Of a stretch of 64,000 nt of DNA, positions 39,240 through 50,760 are shown in pieces. The DNA lies in assembly GCA_964016885.1 (NCBI GenBank), contig OZ024753.1:8804001-8868000 (forward strand), given 5' to 3'. The notes below the pieces were generated by a model. It had not been told where the DNA came from, ran no database searches, and saw only the letters and a list, made by a program, of their open reading frames with translations. A program made the position numbers and the translations under genes. Numbering within the stretch: the first letter of the stretch is position 1; the number at the start of each line of letters is the position of its first letter. This DNA comes from Eledone cirrhosa (lineage: Eukaryota).

Positions 39240-39904
39240 TCTTTAGCATTTGAACTGGCCATATCCAATCAGAATTCTCTCATTTCTTTCTGTTAAAATT
39301 GGCCATAACTGGCCACACATACTGATGTTAAGGTATTGTTCTCAAAATAAATAACGTCAAAATCTTGTAGATTCAATAATATATGAAATAATTATGTAAG
39401 ATAAAGCCTTTATCACAAAAATACAATAGTATATATAGAGTAATGTAAATGTTAAAGGGTTAATCTTTCCAGTTAGTATTTGGTTAGTATTGGCAGCATA
39501 ACTTAAGAGTTCTTACATAAAATTATTTTGAAAGGTTTTAAGGTTTTAGATAAATATATACACTTGAAAACAAATAGCAGAGTATCATTGAACCAGGAAT
39601 AGTTTGAGGTGGATTTGCTAACAAAAGGGTTTAACCCATTAGCATTTGCATTACTCTATATATGCTATTATATTTACTATTGTATTTTCATGGTAAACAC
39701 TTTACCTCACATAATTATCTCACATAATATCAAATCTATGATATTTTGATATTATTTATTTTGAGACCAATACTTGCACATTAGTTTGAGAAGACGGTTA
39801 TGGCTGGTTTGAACAGAAAGAGGTGAGAGAATTCTGGCTGGATGTGGTCAGTTTAAATGCTAAAGGGGTGAGAGAATTCTGGCCAGATGTGGCCAGTTTA
39901 AAGG
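39240..39904. mobile_element. Two oppositely oriented piggyBac-type MITEs
   Basis: TTAA-flanked (C)CCTTTAGCATTT termini at about 39240-39459 and 39635-39904. Confidence 0.75.
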
Positions 39905-40185
39905 GTTAAGGGAGCTTACCATGTGTAAGCCTTTTGATACCAGCCTGCTCAAAACCGGGTCTGCTTCTAAGAAATTAAACCACCATTTTTCCACATGTCT
40001 GTGAATATTTTAATTATTTAAAAATTATTGTTAAGTAAACATGATTTTAAAAAAATATATTTTTAAGTGAATGGTCATGGATTTTCTAGTCTTCTTCTTA
40101 AAGCTTTCTCTACCTGAGTATTTGTTGTTTCTTGTAGGTGTCAGCTCTTCACCAACTCACATCAATATGAAAATGTTTATACATA

Positions 40186-40349
40186 CCGTATTTCCCGGCG
40201 TCTAAGATGCTACTTTTTTCCTAAAATAAGTCTCAAAAATCTACCATGTACCTGGAGGCCGAAGGATGTTTATAATTTTTCAAATTTTTGGTTGTCAAAA
40301 TCATTGTGTGTCCTCGAGGACAAAGCGTCTTCGGCGACAGGAAATATGG
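40186..40349. mobile_element. Tc2/pogo-like MITE
   Basis: TA|CCGTATTTCCCGGCGTC...ACAGGAAATATGG|TA. Confidence 0.8.
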
Positions 40350-40633
40350 TATATAGTTCTGAACTGTCATTAACTCAAGTGGCACCATTAGCTTACCCTT
40401 TCTGCCGTCTATTCTCACAATTACTTTCATCTGGACCAAGTTGACTTTTTATTGTCAAATGATAATTTCTGAAAAATGTTCACCTGTTTATGAGCAAAGA
40501 TTATTTTAAATGGAACTTTTTTAATATTGTAATATTTTCCTCCTAAAATTCAGCTTTTTTAAAAAGAAAACACCACTCTGACTTATGTGTAGAGACTGTT
40601 ACCCTCTCCTTTCCCTCTTTTTATGTTGCTTAA

Positions 40634-40790
40634 CCCTTAATCATTTAACCAGCTGTATCCGGCCAGAATTCTCTCACCTCTTTCTGTTCAAACTGGCTGT
40701 AACTGGTTGCTCATACATATGTGCAGCCAGTTACAGCCAGTTTGAACAGAAAAAGGTCAGAAAACTCTGGCCAGTTTAAATGCTAAAAGG
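40634..40790. mobile_element. Short piggyBac-type MITE, internally palindromic
   Basis: TTAA CCCTT...AAATGCTAAAAGG TTAA; the two halves are near reverse complements. Confidence 0.7.
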
Positions 40791-42287
40791 TTAAAAAACT
40801 CTCTGAAATATAAAGTTCACACTTGCAAATATCGAAACCATTGTATACCTGCTAATTGTTTCATTTAGATGAACACCTGAAATATGGTGCAGAAACTATA
40901 CAAATGTGGCATAGATTCTTGTATTGCATCATTGCAAAGAATCTAAAATTACTGAATTTTATTTCAGGAAAATTGAAACTAGTTTCAAAATCATTATAAT
41001 TATTTTTTTTTTTTTTAAATCACTTTTAAGAAAATATCAAAAATTTTAAAATAAATTAAAATCTGTTATCAAGAACATAAATTTTTACACCACCGACAAA
41101 ATAACAAACATAAAAAAAAACCAACCTCCACAACAACAACAATAATAATGTAAAAGTAAAATGATGGTGGTGATGAGGATAATGAAGTTGGTGGTGATTG
41201 TGGTGGTGATGATAATAAGGATGTTGATGGTGGTGATGATAATGAAGCTGGCGGTGGTGGTGGTGATGATGATAAGGATGTTGATGATGGTGATGAGGAT
41301 AATGAAGGTGGTGGTGATGATAATAATAATGATTTTGATGATGATGATGATGATGGTAATAATAATAACAATAATAATAATAATTAAAGATATTTGTTTT
41401 TTTTTTTCTTTATCAATGTCATTAAATCTTTGCTACAGAATGAATCTTTAATGAGAAACATGCTAAGATTGGAAAATTTAACTAGCATCACGGTTTCACA
41501 ATGCTCTAGTTCCATATTATTAAGCAATGCATCCTCTTTAAACTGTGCACATGGTTTTCACATGTATTTTTATGCAGGTAACACTTAAAAGAAATTAAAT
41601 TAAACAACAACAAACATTTTTTTAAATAACAAAAAAAAAAAACACATATATATGACACATTTCCTCTCCAATAGGCTCAACAGTGTTGAAAATCTTGCTA
41701 GAAGTTTCTTTTAAAAATAACGTGGTATTTTATATAATGTAAGCATAAATAGAGTGTTAATGATTGAGTTAATAGGGAAAGGGTAACAGGCAAGAAACAA
41801 ACAACGAAGTAAAAGATTGGTGGCTTCTACCTTGTCACTGGTTAGTTCTGTAATATAGTTTTTCTTGTCATTGTTTTATTATATAAACATAGGTTGGTGG
41901 ATTGGCAGAATCGGTAGAGCGTCTGACAACATGCTTTGCAGTATATAGTTGTGGCCCTTTACATCTTGAGTTCCAATCCTGCCAAGGTTAGCTTAGCCTT
42001 TCATCCTTACGGGGTCAATAAAATAAAGCACCAGTAATGCACTGGGGTAATCGCTGGCCCTGTGCCTAGAGGAAACAGCTATATATACAGTATAAAACAA
42101 AGTACCAGCAATGCACTCGGGTCAACTTAATCGACTTTCCCCTCCCCCAAAATTGTTGGCTTTGTGCCTAAATTAGAAACCATTATTTATGTGCAGTTAT
42201 AGTCATGGACCAACCAAGGTCTTGTGGGGCAATTTAGAGAGAGAAACTATAATGGACCCCATCATATATAAATATCATCATCATCAT

Positions 42288-42676
42288 GGAGGCACATGGC
42301 TTAGTGGTTAGAGCATTGGGCTTGTAATGGAAAGGTTGTGAGTTCAATTCTCAGACCGGGTGATGTGTTGTTTCCTTGAGCAAGACACTTTATTTCACAT
42401 TGCTCCAGTTTGCTCAGCTGTAGAAATGAGATGATAGGACAGAGGTCCCTATCATTCCACTGCAAAGTGGTCGTGGAGGTGCCACGGAAAAAAAGCACCC
42501 AGCCCACACTGTAAAGTGGACGTGTAGGCGCCATAAAAAATAAGCACCCAGCCTTCACTGTAATTGAGGTTGGTGTTAGGAAGGGCATCCAGCTGTAGAA
42601 ATCAAGCCAGAATCAGTTCCCATCCCACCTTTGCAAGCAGGGAAAAGCGGATGTAAAATGATGATGATGATGATGA
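42288..42676 (+). mobile_element. SINE A, full length
   Basis: Head, core, two internal ~48-bp units and (GAT)n tail. Confidence 0.9.
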
Positions 42677-44145
42677 TCACCTAGTGAAGCTAAATAAAGT
42701 CAGGTGAGCCCGATGGGGGCTAGGTGAATCTATGAACTTGGACCTACAATTTTGAAGAGTCCTACTTGCCTCACATCTGTTTTATCACTCATAAGTATAT
42801 CTTGTGCACTATAGTTTAGATGTATATAACTGTAACCCCCAAAATAAATCATTCATATTTAGCTTTGATTCCTAAAATACTTGACGGGTAGTTTGAAATG
42901 TTGCCTACATTTTATACCTAGCAAGGGCCCAGTGTTGCATCAGCCCAGATATATTGTCAGTTTTAATATGTGCTAGTTTAACAAAATTCAGTAACGTTTC
43001 CTAGCTGTAATAATTTAATGTAAAATCGATTTAGGTTAAATATAAGACAATAAATAAATAAATATATGAGTAAATAAATATAATGCCTAAAAATATGTCT
43101 TTAATTTCAATATAAAACAGCAAAAAACACTTGGTTTGTTCTCTCATTCATCACCTGAGTATGGCTGTGGGGTGACACATAAAAATCTACACTTCTTTAT
43201 TTCCAGTAAGAAGTATGTATGTTGAGAAGAGTAGACAATATATTAAATATATCTTGTCTACGAGACATAAAATATCTGTCTACAAGTCATTTGTGTTGAA
43301 GATGTTAGCTAACCTAGAGCAGAACAACTCAATACACAGAGCTATTATATTTCATTTGATGTATGAGTTGAACATCTAGACTTATCCTCCTGGAATATGT
43401 TTGGAGAAAAATTGAAAAGAAAAAAAGAAAAGGAGCATGAGGAGAAGAGAAGAAAGATTGATTTTACTTTAAATAAATTAAATATACAATCCTCCATATC
43501 TTAACCGCTTTACACATAATGAAGAGATATTTTTAGTTCTATACACAGCCAATATAGGATAGATAGTTAAGTTTTCTTATGGAATATATTATCTTTTGCA
43601 AATATTTTTGATGGAAAAAAACGATTGTAAAGGAAACTTAATATTATTTCTAGGATAAATAAACAATATTGCCTAAATAAATATATTTTATAACTTAGAA
43701 AATATAATAATGTCCTTGTTCAATACACAATGGGAATTTGTCCATTATAAAAGAAGAATAAAAATCTTTAAAAACTTATTGAAATTAAAATTACTGATTT
43801 CTATTGTAGTTGTTGGTGTTGTTCTTGTGAAATTCTAGATAGAATGAAAAGTAACAAGACTATTATTCATTATATGAAATAGCATGAGAAACCCCACTTT
43901 CGTAAAATGATTATCTATGGAATATCAGCTTTATTTTATTAACAATTGAATATCATAAATCATTTCACTTAATATATATTTGCAAATATTGGAACAAGAC
44001 AAGAAATTGTATGGCAAGAGAGGGGAAGGAAGGTATAGTTGATTATAATAGTTCCGACCTTGACTCAGAAATTTGAAAGGAAACCTGATCTTGCTGGGAT
44101 TTGAACTCAGAAAGTAATTTAATATATATATATATAAAATTTATA

Positions 44146-44496
44146 TAGATGGGTGCTACACGAGAATGCTGAGGATGGCTCTGAACATTAATCAGTATAC
44201 ACTGAGGATGAAAAACTCAGAGCTGTATGGGAGCATCCCAAAAGTCAGCTCAAAAGTGACACAGAGGAGACTGAGGTTAGCTGGACATGCTCACTGACAT
44301 CCAGAGTTGACATTGCACTCACTGCCCCTTTGGGAGCCCCTACATGGACACACTAGAAGAGGAAGACCAAGGTTAACGTATGTTGATGCCCTAAGGACAG
44401 ACACTGGTCTGTTGGAGACGCAGGACATGGCAGCAATAATGAGGGACAGAGACCGCTGGAGAGAACTCGTCCATGGATCTCGGGGAATTTTACCCG

Positions 44497-44499
<3 letters not shown>
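44146..44499 (+). mobile_element. RTE 3' fragment (same family as 5398-6215, uninterrupted)
   Basis: Near-identical DNA to 5753-6212 without the microsatellite insert. Confidence 0.9.
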
Positions 44500-44534
<35 letters not shown>

Positions 44535-44547
44535 TAAGCAGAAGGGA

Positions 44548-44841
44548 TATTCAATTTGTTGGTAATTCAACAAATATAAATGTTTATAACTGATTCAGAG
44601 CACTCGACAGATTTTCTGGAGTATAATAGTCAATGATATTAAATAAATGGAAACTATATTTATAAAACCATATTTATTCTATTATATATATTTCAAAGGT
44701 ACCAAAACTTTGGTACGCTATCATCAGATAAAATACGAAGTGTGTTTTATAAATTTTGACATAACCAAGGAAAATATACCTTCACGGTTCAAGTTTTCCT
44801 TGGACTATCCAAGGAAAACTTGAACTGTTAAGGTATATTTG
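44548..44841 (-). mobile_element. Third, diverged copy of the hammerhead-bearing fold-back element
   Basis: Shares TTGTTG..CAACAA end hairpin, GAGCACTCGAC and ATGGAAACTATATTTATAAAACCATAT; terminal palindrome 44772-44840. Confidence 0.7.
44675..44735 (-). ncRNA. Type I hammerhead ribozyme
   Basis: Reverse complement reads TATTTTAT CTGATGA TAGC GTACCAAA gt TTTGGTAC CTTT GAAA TATATA TA ATAGAATA. Confidence 0.8.
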
Positions 44842-45553
44842 TCTATTGCAGTAAATACGACAGGTGACACAGTAGTACATTAGTAACTTAAATCCCTATG
44901 CATCATCAAAATACCATCAACCAATTGGCCACAGGTTCAGAAATTTACATGATGGTTAGGAGTCAAGATTCTATATTTCAACCCTTCCATAAGTACTCAA
45001 CCAACATATCTCAAGTCAAACACAAATTGTATATAGATAATGAAGATATCGGTATATAAAAAATTATATATTGGTTTGCTGACCAATAACTTTACAATGT
45101 AAAGGCACTCAAATTTCCAAAACAGAGGGAACTCCCAAGATATCATTATTGGTACAATTTAGATATCTTGTACAAAAACATATAATTAGTTAGAACCACA
45201 AACTCTTTTATTTACTTTATATTAGCAATATACAGTTCTATTACATGCCCAGACAGCTGTTGTTTCTTGTTCTGAAGAAACGTAATAATTACCATAATTA
45301 AATGGATAATTAACATGCTAAGATAAGGACTTTTGTCAGTGGGCCAATCTTAATCAATCAAGTGATCAATCAATTGGTTAATCAATTGATTAACAAAATA
45401 TACAAGACATCAACTGTCCACAAGTAAGTGTACGATAGAATCGAAACATGTCACATGTCACGTACAAAAGCTCTACAATTAGTGGCTGTCAAAATAAATG
45501 TAACCAGATTTGACCACAACTGTCAGATATGATGATGCTGGATAAACCATCTA

Positions 45554-46027
45554 ATCTAATCTGGCCGAGTTTACACTCACAAATAAGAAGAACCAGGGCC
45601 ACCCCTAGGAGCATTGGATTTGGTGTACTTCATATTTGTTTCAGTTGCTGAATACAATCAGGGGTTGCTGCTTCTCTTGAAGGTCAATAGTTCTCTTCTA
45701 ACTCGAGCGGGAGCCCTTTCCATTGTGAATTTGCATTGATCATCTGCAAAGCCACATTGTTCTCAGAACCACTACACCAGTCTAGAGATGTGTGCAGCTG
45801 GAACTACTGCCGCCCATTGATTTGGCGGGATTTTTTTTTTAGATGGCCGTTGACTTTTATGAGTTCTTCCGCCCTTTGTCAGGTTTTGTTTTTTGTCCTG
45901 CAGGGTGTCCAAAATCACCCTCCTCACCAAGTGGTGGGGTTGCCGGTTTAGTCGCTGACGACCCGACCATGTGACAGGTTGTACTGGGTTACATGTTACC
46001 AGTAGCATTGAAGAGTAACCCGACATA
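45554..46027 (-). mobile_element. ~470-bp non-coding retro-insertion with 16-bp TSD and (TAGAT)n tail
   Basis: CTGGATAAACCATCTA at ~45538 and ~46028; ATCTA repeats at the left end. Confidence 0.7.
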
Positions 46028-46039
46028 CTGGATAAACCA

Positions 46040-46650
46040 TCTATTTAAAGCTCTATACAGCTATGGTACAACCACACTTGGAATTTGCATCATCAGTTTG
46101 GAACCTCTATCTTGCTCAGAACATTGACCTCCTGGAAACTGTTCAGAGACGTGCAACCAAGCGCTTACCCTCCAACAGACACCTACCATACTCTGAACGC
46201 CTTGCTTCCTTGGGCATGGATTCATTGAAGCTCCGACGTCTGGCAATGGACTTGGTAAACACCCACAAAGTTATTAACCATCTTGCCAACAACAACCCTG
46301 AGCACCTTTTTGATCTCCATGTATCTAACACACGTGGACATTCCTACAAAGTCAGAAAACAGCACAGTTCCCATGACTTTCGGAAACATTTTTTCACGTT
46401 TAGAGTTACTGAAGCATGGAACAAACTGCCTGCATCAGATGTTAGCTGCTGAGACACTGCATCCTTTAAAACCCTCATGCTTCCCGAAATTCTCCAAAAC
46501 TACACCTGATGTCCCCCTTCCATACACATGCACACATGTGTATATCATGACTGATGCACTGTTCATTTTCCTGACGTTTGAACATTATCATATGTACTAT
46601 ACATACACTTTTGATGAGTTGTAGTGCACTTGAGCACTGTACACAATATT
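46040..46650 (+). mobile_element. CR1/L2-type LINE 3' fragment
   Basis: LYTAMVQPHLEFASSVW..LETVQRRATKR..YSERLASLG..L.LRR..DL..TRGHSYK..RKHFFTFRV..WNKLP. Confidence 0.9.
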
Positions 46651-46656
46651 TTCATT

Positions 46657-46822
46657 AGGGTCGGACGCCATGCTGTGACGCATAGAGTTACGGTCCTTGC
46701 CATTCTGAGTTCAAATCCCACCGAGGTTAACTTTGCCTTTCATCCTTACGGGGTCGATAAAATAAAGTACCAGTAATGCACTGGTTAATTGCTGGCCTTG
46801 TGCCAAAAGTAGAAACCATTAT
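46657..46822 (+). mobile_element. SINE B
   Basis: B box and Meta-like core present. Confidence 0.85.
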
Positions 46823-47268
46823 TATTAATTATTAAACCAGTAGTACTCTTAATGTAGTAAAATACTCTCCTTGGAGTATTTTACATGACACGAAATAACA
46901 ACAAGAAACTTACATGAAATTACAATATGGTGAACACAAATGCATATAGATTTAACTAAAACATTTAACTTGAACAATATATGTTAAAGAGCGACAGATA
47001 GACTAATAGCAATGAAAGCAAACTTAAAGAAATTGATGCAGAGAGAAGAAAATGCTAGCTGATAGCAATTGTCGCAACTAAAGAGTTTGTAGGACACTGA
47101 GACAAAAGACTGAGACAATAGCCACATGATAGTTGAGGAGATATGGTCACGTTAAATAGCTAAACTTAACAAAAGAAGAACGGGCGGGGGGACCATGTGT
47201 ATCACAGATAATATTGCAAAAGAATGAAACAATAGTTTGAGTGTGTGAAAGTTATATTATGTATAGGA

Positions 47269-47307
<39 letters not shown>

Positions 47308-47674
47308 GATGGAAAATGATGTTGTTATGTGTGATGTGTGATGTTACTTCAATTATTTTCCTACAGGACTGACTGGCACACAGAATCATTCAACTTCAGA
47401 TTGATTTCAAGACTTTAACACTCAAGTAAAAAACAAAAAAAAAAAGAAGCTCCCAAAGAGAGAGAAACATAAAAACAAAATATCAAACAAAAACCAAAAT
47501 CAAAAGGTGAAGTGGAATAAGAGAAAAGATAATTGAAATTTCAAATGAATATTTTCATTGAACTTGAGGCAAAATAGATATGATAAGAGATTCCCATTAT
47601 TTCATAACATAAAAAAAATATATAAAACACATATACAATAACTTAAATTTAAAAAGCATAAAATAAAAAAATCT

Positions 47675-47871
47675 CTATATATATATGTGTGTGTGTGTGT
47701 ATATATATGTGTGTGTATATATCTGTGTGTGTATATATATATATATATGTGTGTGTATATATATATATATGTGTGTGTGTGTATATATGTGTGTGTGTAT
47801 ATATATGTGTGTGTGTGTATATATATGTGTGTGTATATACATGTGTGTGTATATATATGTGTGTGTATATA

Positions 47872-47906
<35 letters not shown>

Positions 47907-48150
47907 GTGTGTGTATATATATATATGTGTATATATATATATATATGTATGTGTGTGTATATATATATATGTGTGTGTGCGTGTGTGTGTATATATATGC
48001 CTGTGTGTGTGTGTGTGTATATATATGCCTGTGTGTGTGTGTGTGTATATATATGCCTGTGTGTGTATATATATATGCATGTGTGTGTGTATATATGCCT
48101 GTGTGTGTGTATGTCTATGTATGTATATATATATATATATATATATAAAT
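47675..48150. repeat. Compound (TG)n/(TA)n microsatellite
   Basis: Directly visible. Confidence 0.95.
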
Positions 48151-48441
48151 TCATTAAGTGCATCAAGTGATTAGAATCAACTGAAAAAAAAAGATATATA
48201 TAGTACTAATTATTATTTAAATGAAAGGTGCTTAACGATTGTTCAGTGTCTGAAATATTGGGTTGAATGAAAGCGCATTGGCTATGGTTATAAGGAATCC
48301 TAAGGGTAATTATTTAATTGACTCTTAATTCTAAATTGTCTGTGATTAGACACGTTCAGTGGCACTTGTTTCTATGTTTTAGTTTTACTTAGAATGAAAC
48401 TGACTTCCAAAGAATGTCTGCTACTACTGATACTGCTGATT

Positions 48442-48483
<42 letters not shown>

Positions 48484-48895
48484 GATACATATAAGCATAC
48501 ATACTCACACATATGGATATATATATATCATCATCATCATCATCATCATCGTTTAACGTCCATATTCCACGCTTGCATGGATTTGGACCGGAGTTTTCCC
48601 ACTTGAGGCAAGAGTCGTTGTCTTGCTCGCATAGGACTGTCTGGCTGGTTTTCTACGGCTGGATGCCCTTCCTACCAACAACCACATTTACAGTGTGGGT
48701 CTGGGAGGTTTTTACTGTGTTATCTACACGGCCACATTACAGCGTGGACTGTGTGGGTTTTTTTTTTGTCGTGACACCTACACGACCTCATTTGTTTTGG
48801 GCTGGATGTTGTGGTACCAACATAACTTTACATTGAAAGGGGTTGTGTGGATGGGGTGTGGGTAGTGGGACGTATACATATATATATATATATTT

Positions 48896-49487
48896 GGATT
48901 GGTGCTCTTAAATAGCGATGTATTCATGAATGTATGTATAGTATATTTGGCAATATACCGTATGTTTAATTAAAAACATTTTGAATACCATACGCTATTG
49001 GTTTTAAAGTAGTGACTATATCACTTACTTCTTTTCAGCGAATAGCGTATGGTCTTCAAAATGTTTTTAATTAAACATACGGTATATTGCCAAATATACT
49101 ATACATTCAGGCACATGGCTTAGTGGTTAGAGCATTGGGCTTGCAATCGAAAGGTTGTGAGTTCAATTCTCAGACCGGGTGATGTGTTGTTTCCTTGAGC
49201 AAGACACTTTATTTCACATTGCTCCAGTTTACTCAGCTGTAGAAATGAGATGATAGGGACTGGGGTCCCTATCATTCCACTGCAAAGTGGTCGTGGAGGT
49301 GCCACAGCAAAAGCAAAGCACCCAGCACTCACTGTAAATGAGGTTGGTGTTAGGAAGGGCATCGAGCTGTAGAAATCAAGCCAGAATCAGTTCCCGTCCC
49401 ACCCTTGCAAGCAGGGAAAAGCGGACGTAAAATGAAATGATGATGATGATGGTTCCTGTATACATCACTATTTCAGAGCACCAATCC
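48896..49487. mobile_element. Fold-back element (~120 bp arms) with a SINE A (49109-49450) inserted in the right arm
   Basis: GGATTGGTGCTCT...GTATATTTGGCAATATACCGTATG.. mirrored on both sides of the SINE. Confidence 0.85.
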
Positions 49488-49929
49488 TAATACCTAATTT
49501 TTGCTGGACCGGCATTCGCTCTGTATAATCAGCTCCTGATTATTACTGGAATTCTATAAGAATGTATATATATATTTATATGTGTGTGTGTATATATGTG
49601 TATGTATATGTATGTATATATATATATTTATATGTGTGTGTGTATATATGTGTATGTATGTATATGTATGTATGTATATATCATCATCATCATCATCATC
49701 ATCATCGTCCGTGTTCCATGCTTGCATGGGTTTGGACGGGAGTTTTCCCACTTGAGGCAAGAGTGGTTGTCTTGCTCGCATAGGACTGTCTATATATATA
49801 TTTATATGTGTGTGTGTATATATGTGTATGTATGTATGTATGTATGTATGTATGTATATATGTATGTATATATATATATATACTTCATTTTTGAATTTTT
49901 TTTGCAAGATTTCTTATCTGAAAATGTGT

Positions 49930-50760
49930 TAAGACAGATATTGTTATACATTAGGAGGGTCATGCTGCCAATAAAAACAAACACCTTTTGGTTTTCACTT
50001 CAATTTATTACAGTTGTTTGGTTCAATAACTGGATTGTTGTTTATATATTGTCAAAGCTCTTTCATCACACATTCTGTGACCTCCTCACTGACTGATTTC
50101 TTATTTTGTGTCCCTACTTTGTTCTGTCCTACACCATTTTGTTTTTCTGTGTTGTGTGCAGTGTGTGTGGTTTTTGCACACATTACATCTTGGTGTATGT
50201 ATGTGTTTTATTTATTTATTTGTGTGTTTATTTACTTGTCACTAGTTATTTGTTTGTTCTATCTGTGTGTGTGTGTGTGTGGCTTGTTTGGTTAGTTTGG
50301 TTTTTCTGTATGTCTTCATTTTGTCCTTAATTACTAGTTGTGATATTACTATACCACTCATGTTTTCTGTTTAATTTTGGTAGGAGTCCGTTTATGTCTG
50401 TCGCTTCTGTAATCTGTCTGAGCATTGCATCTTTTCTGTGTGTGGATATAATATTTATCTCTATGTTCACTACTGTGCCCCTATGTTCTATTTTGGCATG
50501 TTGGTGGAGTACTGATGAGTTTATCCTATCTTGGAGGTATCGCCAGTGTTCACTTACACTTTCTCCTATGCTACGGACTGTCTCACCTATGTATGTTATG
50601 TTCTTATTCCTTCACTGTCCCTCAGTACATCTTATGCTATATACTACATTCCAAGTTTTTCAGTTAGTTTGTGGGCTTAATATTTCACCCTGTCTGCCAT
50701 TGCCATCTTTTAGTGGGGTTCATTTTATTGCAAACATTAGGGTCTTGAGGATAATTTTCT
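49930..50760 (-). mobile_element. Penelope-like element 3' fragment: C-terminal GIY-YIG endonuclease plus 3' non-coding region
   Basis: Manual translation 50760->50327: N*KTWNVVYSIRCTEGQ*RNKNITYIGETVRSIGESVSEHW..SVLHQHAKIEH..MLRQITEATDI..LNRKHEW; downstream hammerhead-like motif at 50051-50093. Confidence 0.85.
50051..50093 (-). ncRNA. Degenerate hammerhead in the PLE 3' region
   Basis: Reverse complement reads GTCA GTGAGGA g GTCACA gaatg TGTGAT GAAA GAGC TT TGAC; C3 is replaced by G. Confidence 0.55.

Noticed and set aside
42915-42950. Helitron-like 3' end (CTAG plus GC-rich stretch)
   Set aside because: Hairpin is too degenerate and no matching 5' end was identified.
45260-45470. CTGAAGA plus hairpin and a distant GAAACATGTC
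   Set aside because: The parts cannot be assembled into a consistent three-helix junction.
47355-47430. Possible splice acceptor and exon (TTTTCCTACAG|GACTG)
   Set aside because: No recognisable coding content or matching donor; cannot be supported without RNA data.
50200-50326. SECIS element after the PLE stop (ATGAA...AAAA on the minus strand)
   Set aside because: No complementary 3' strand with the GA quartet is visible by eye.
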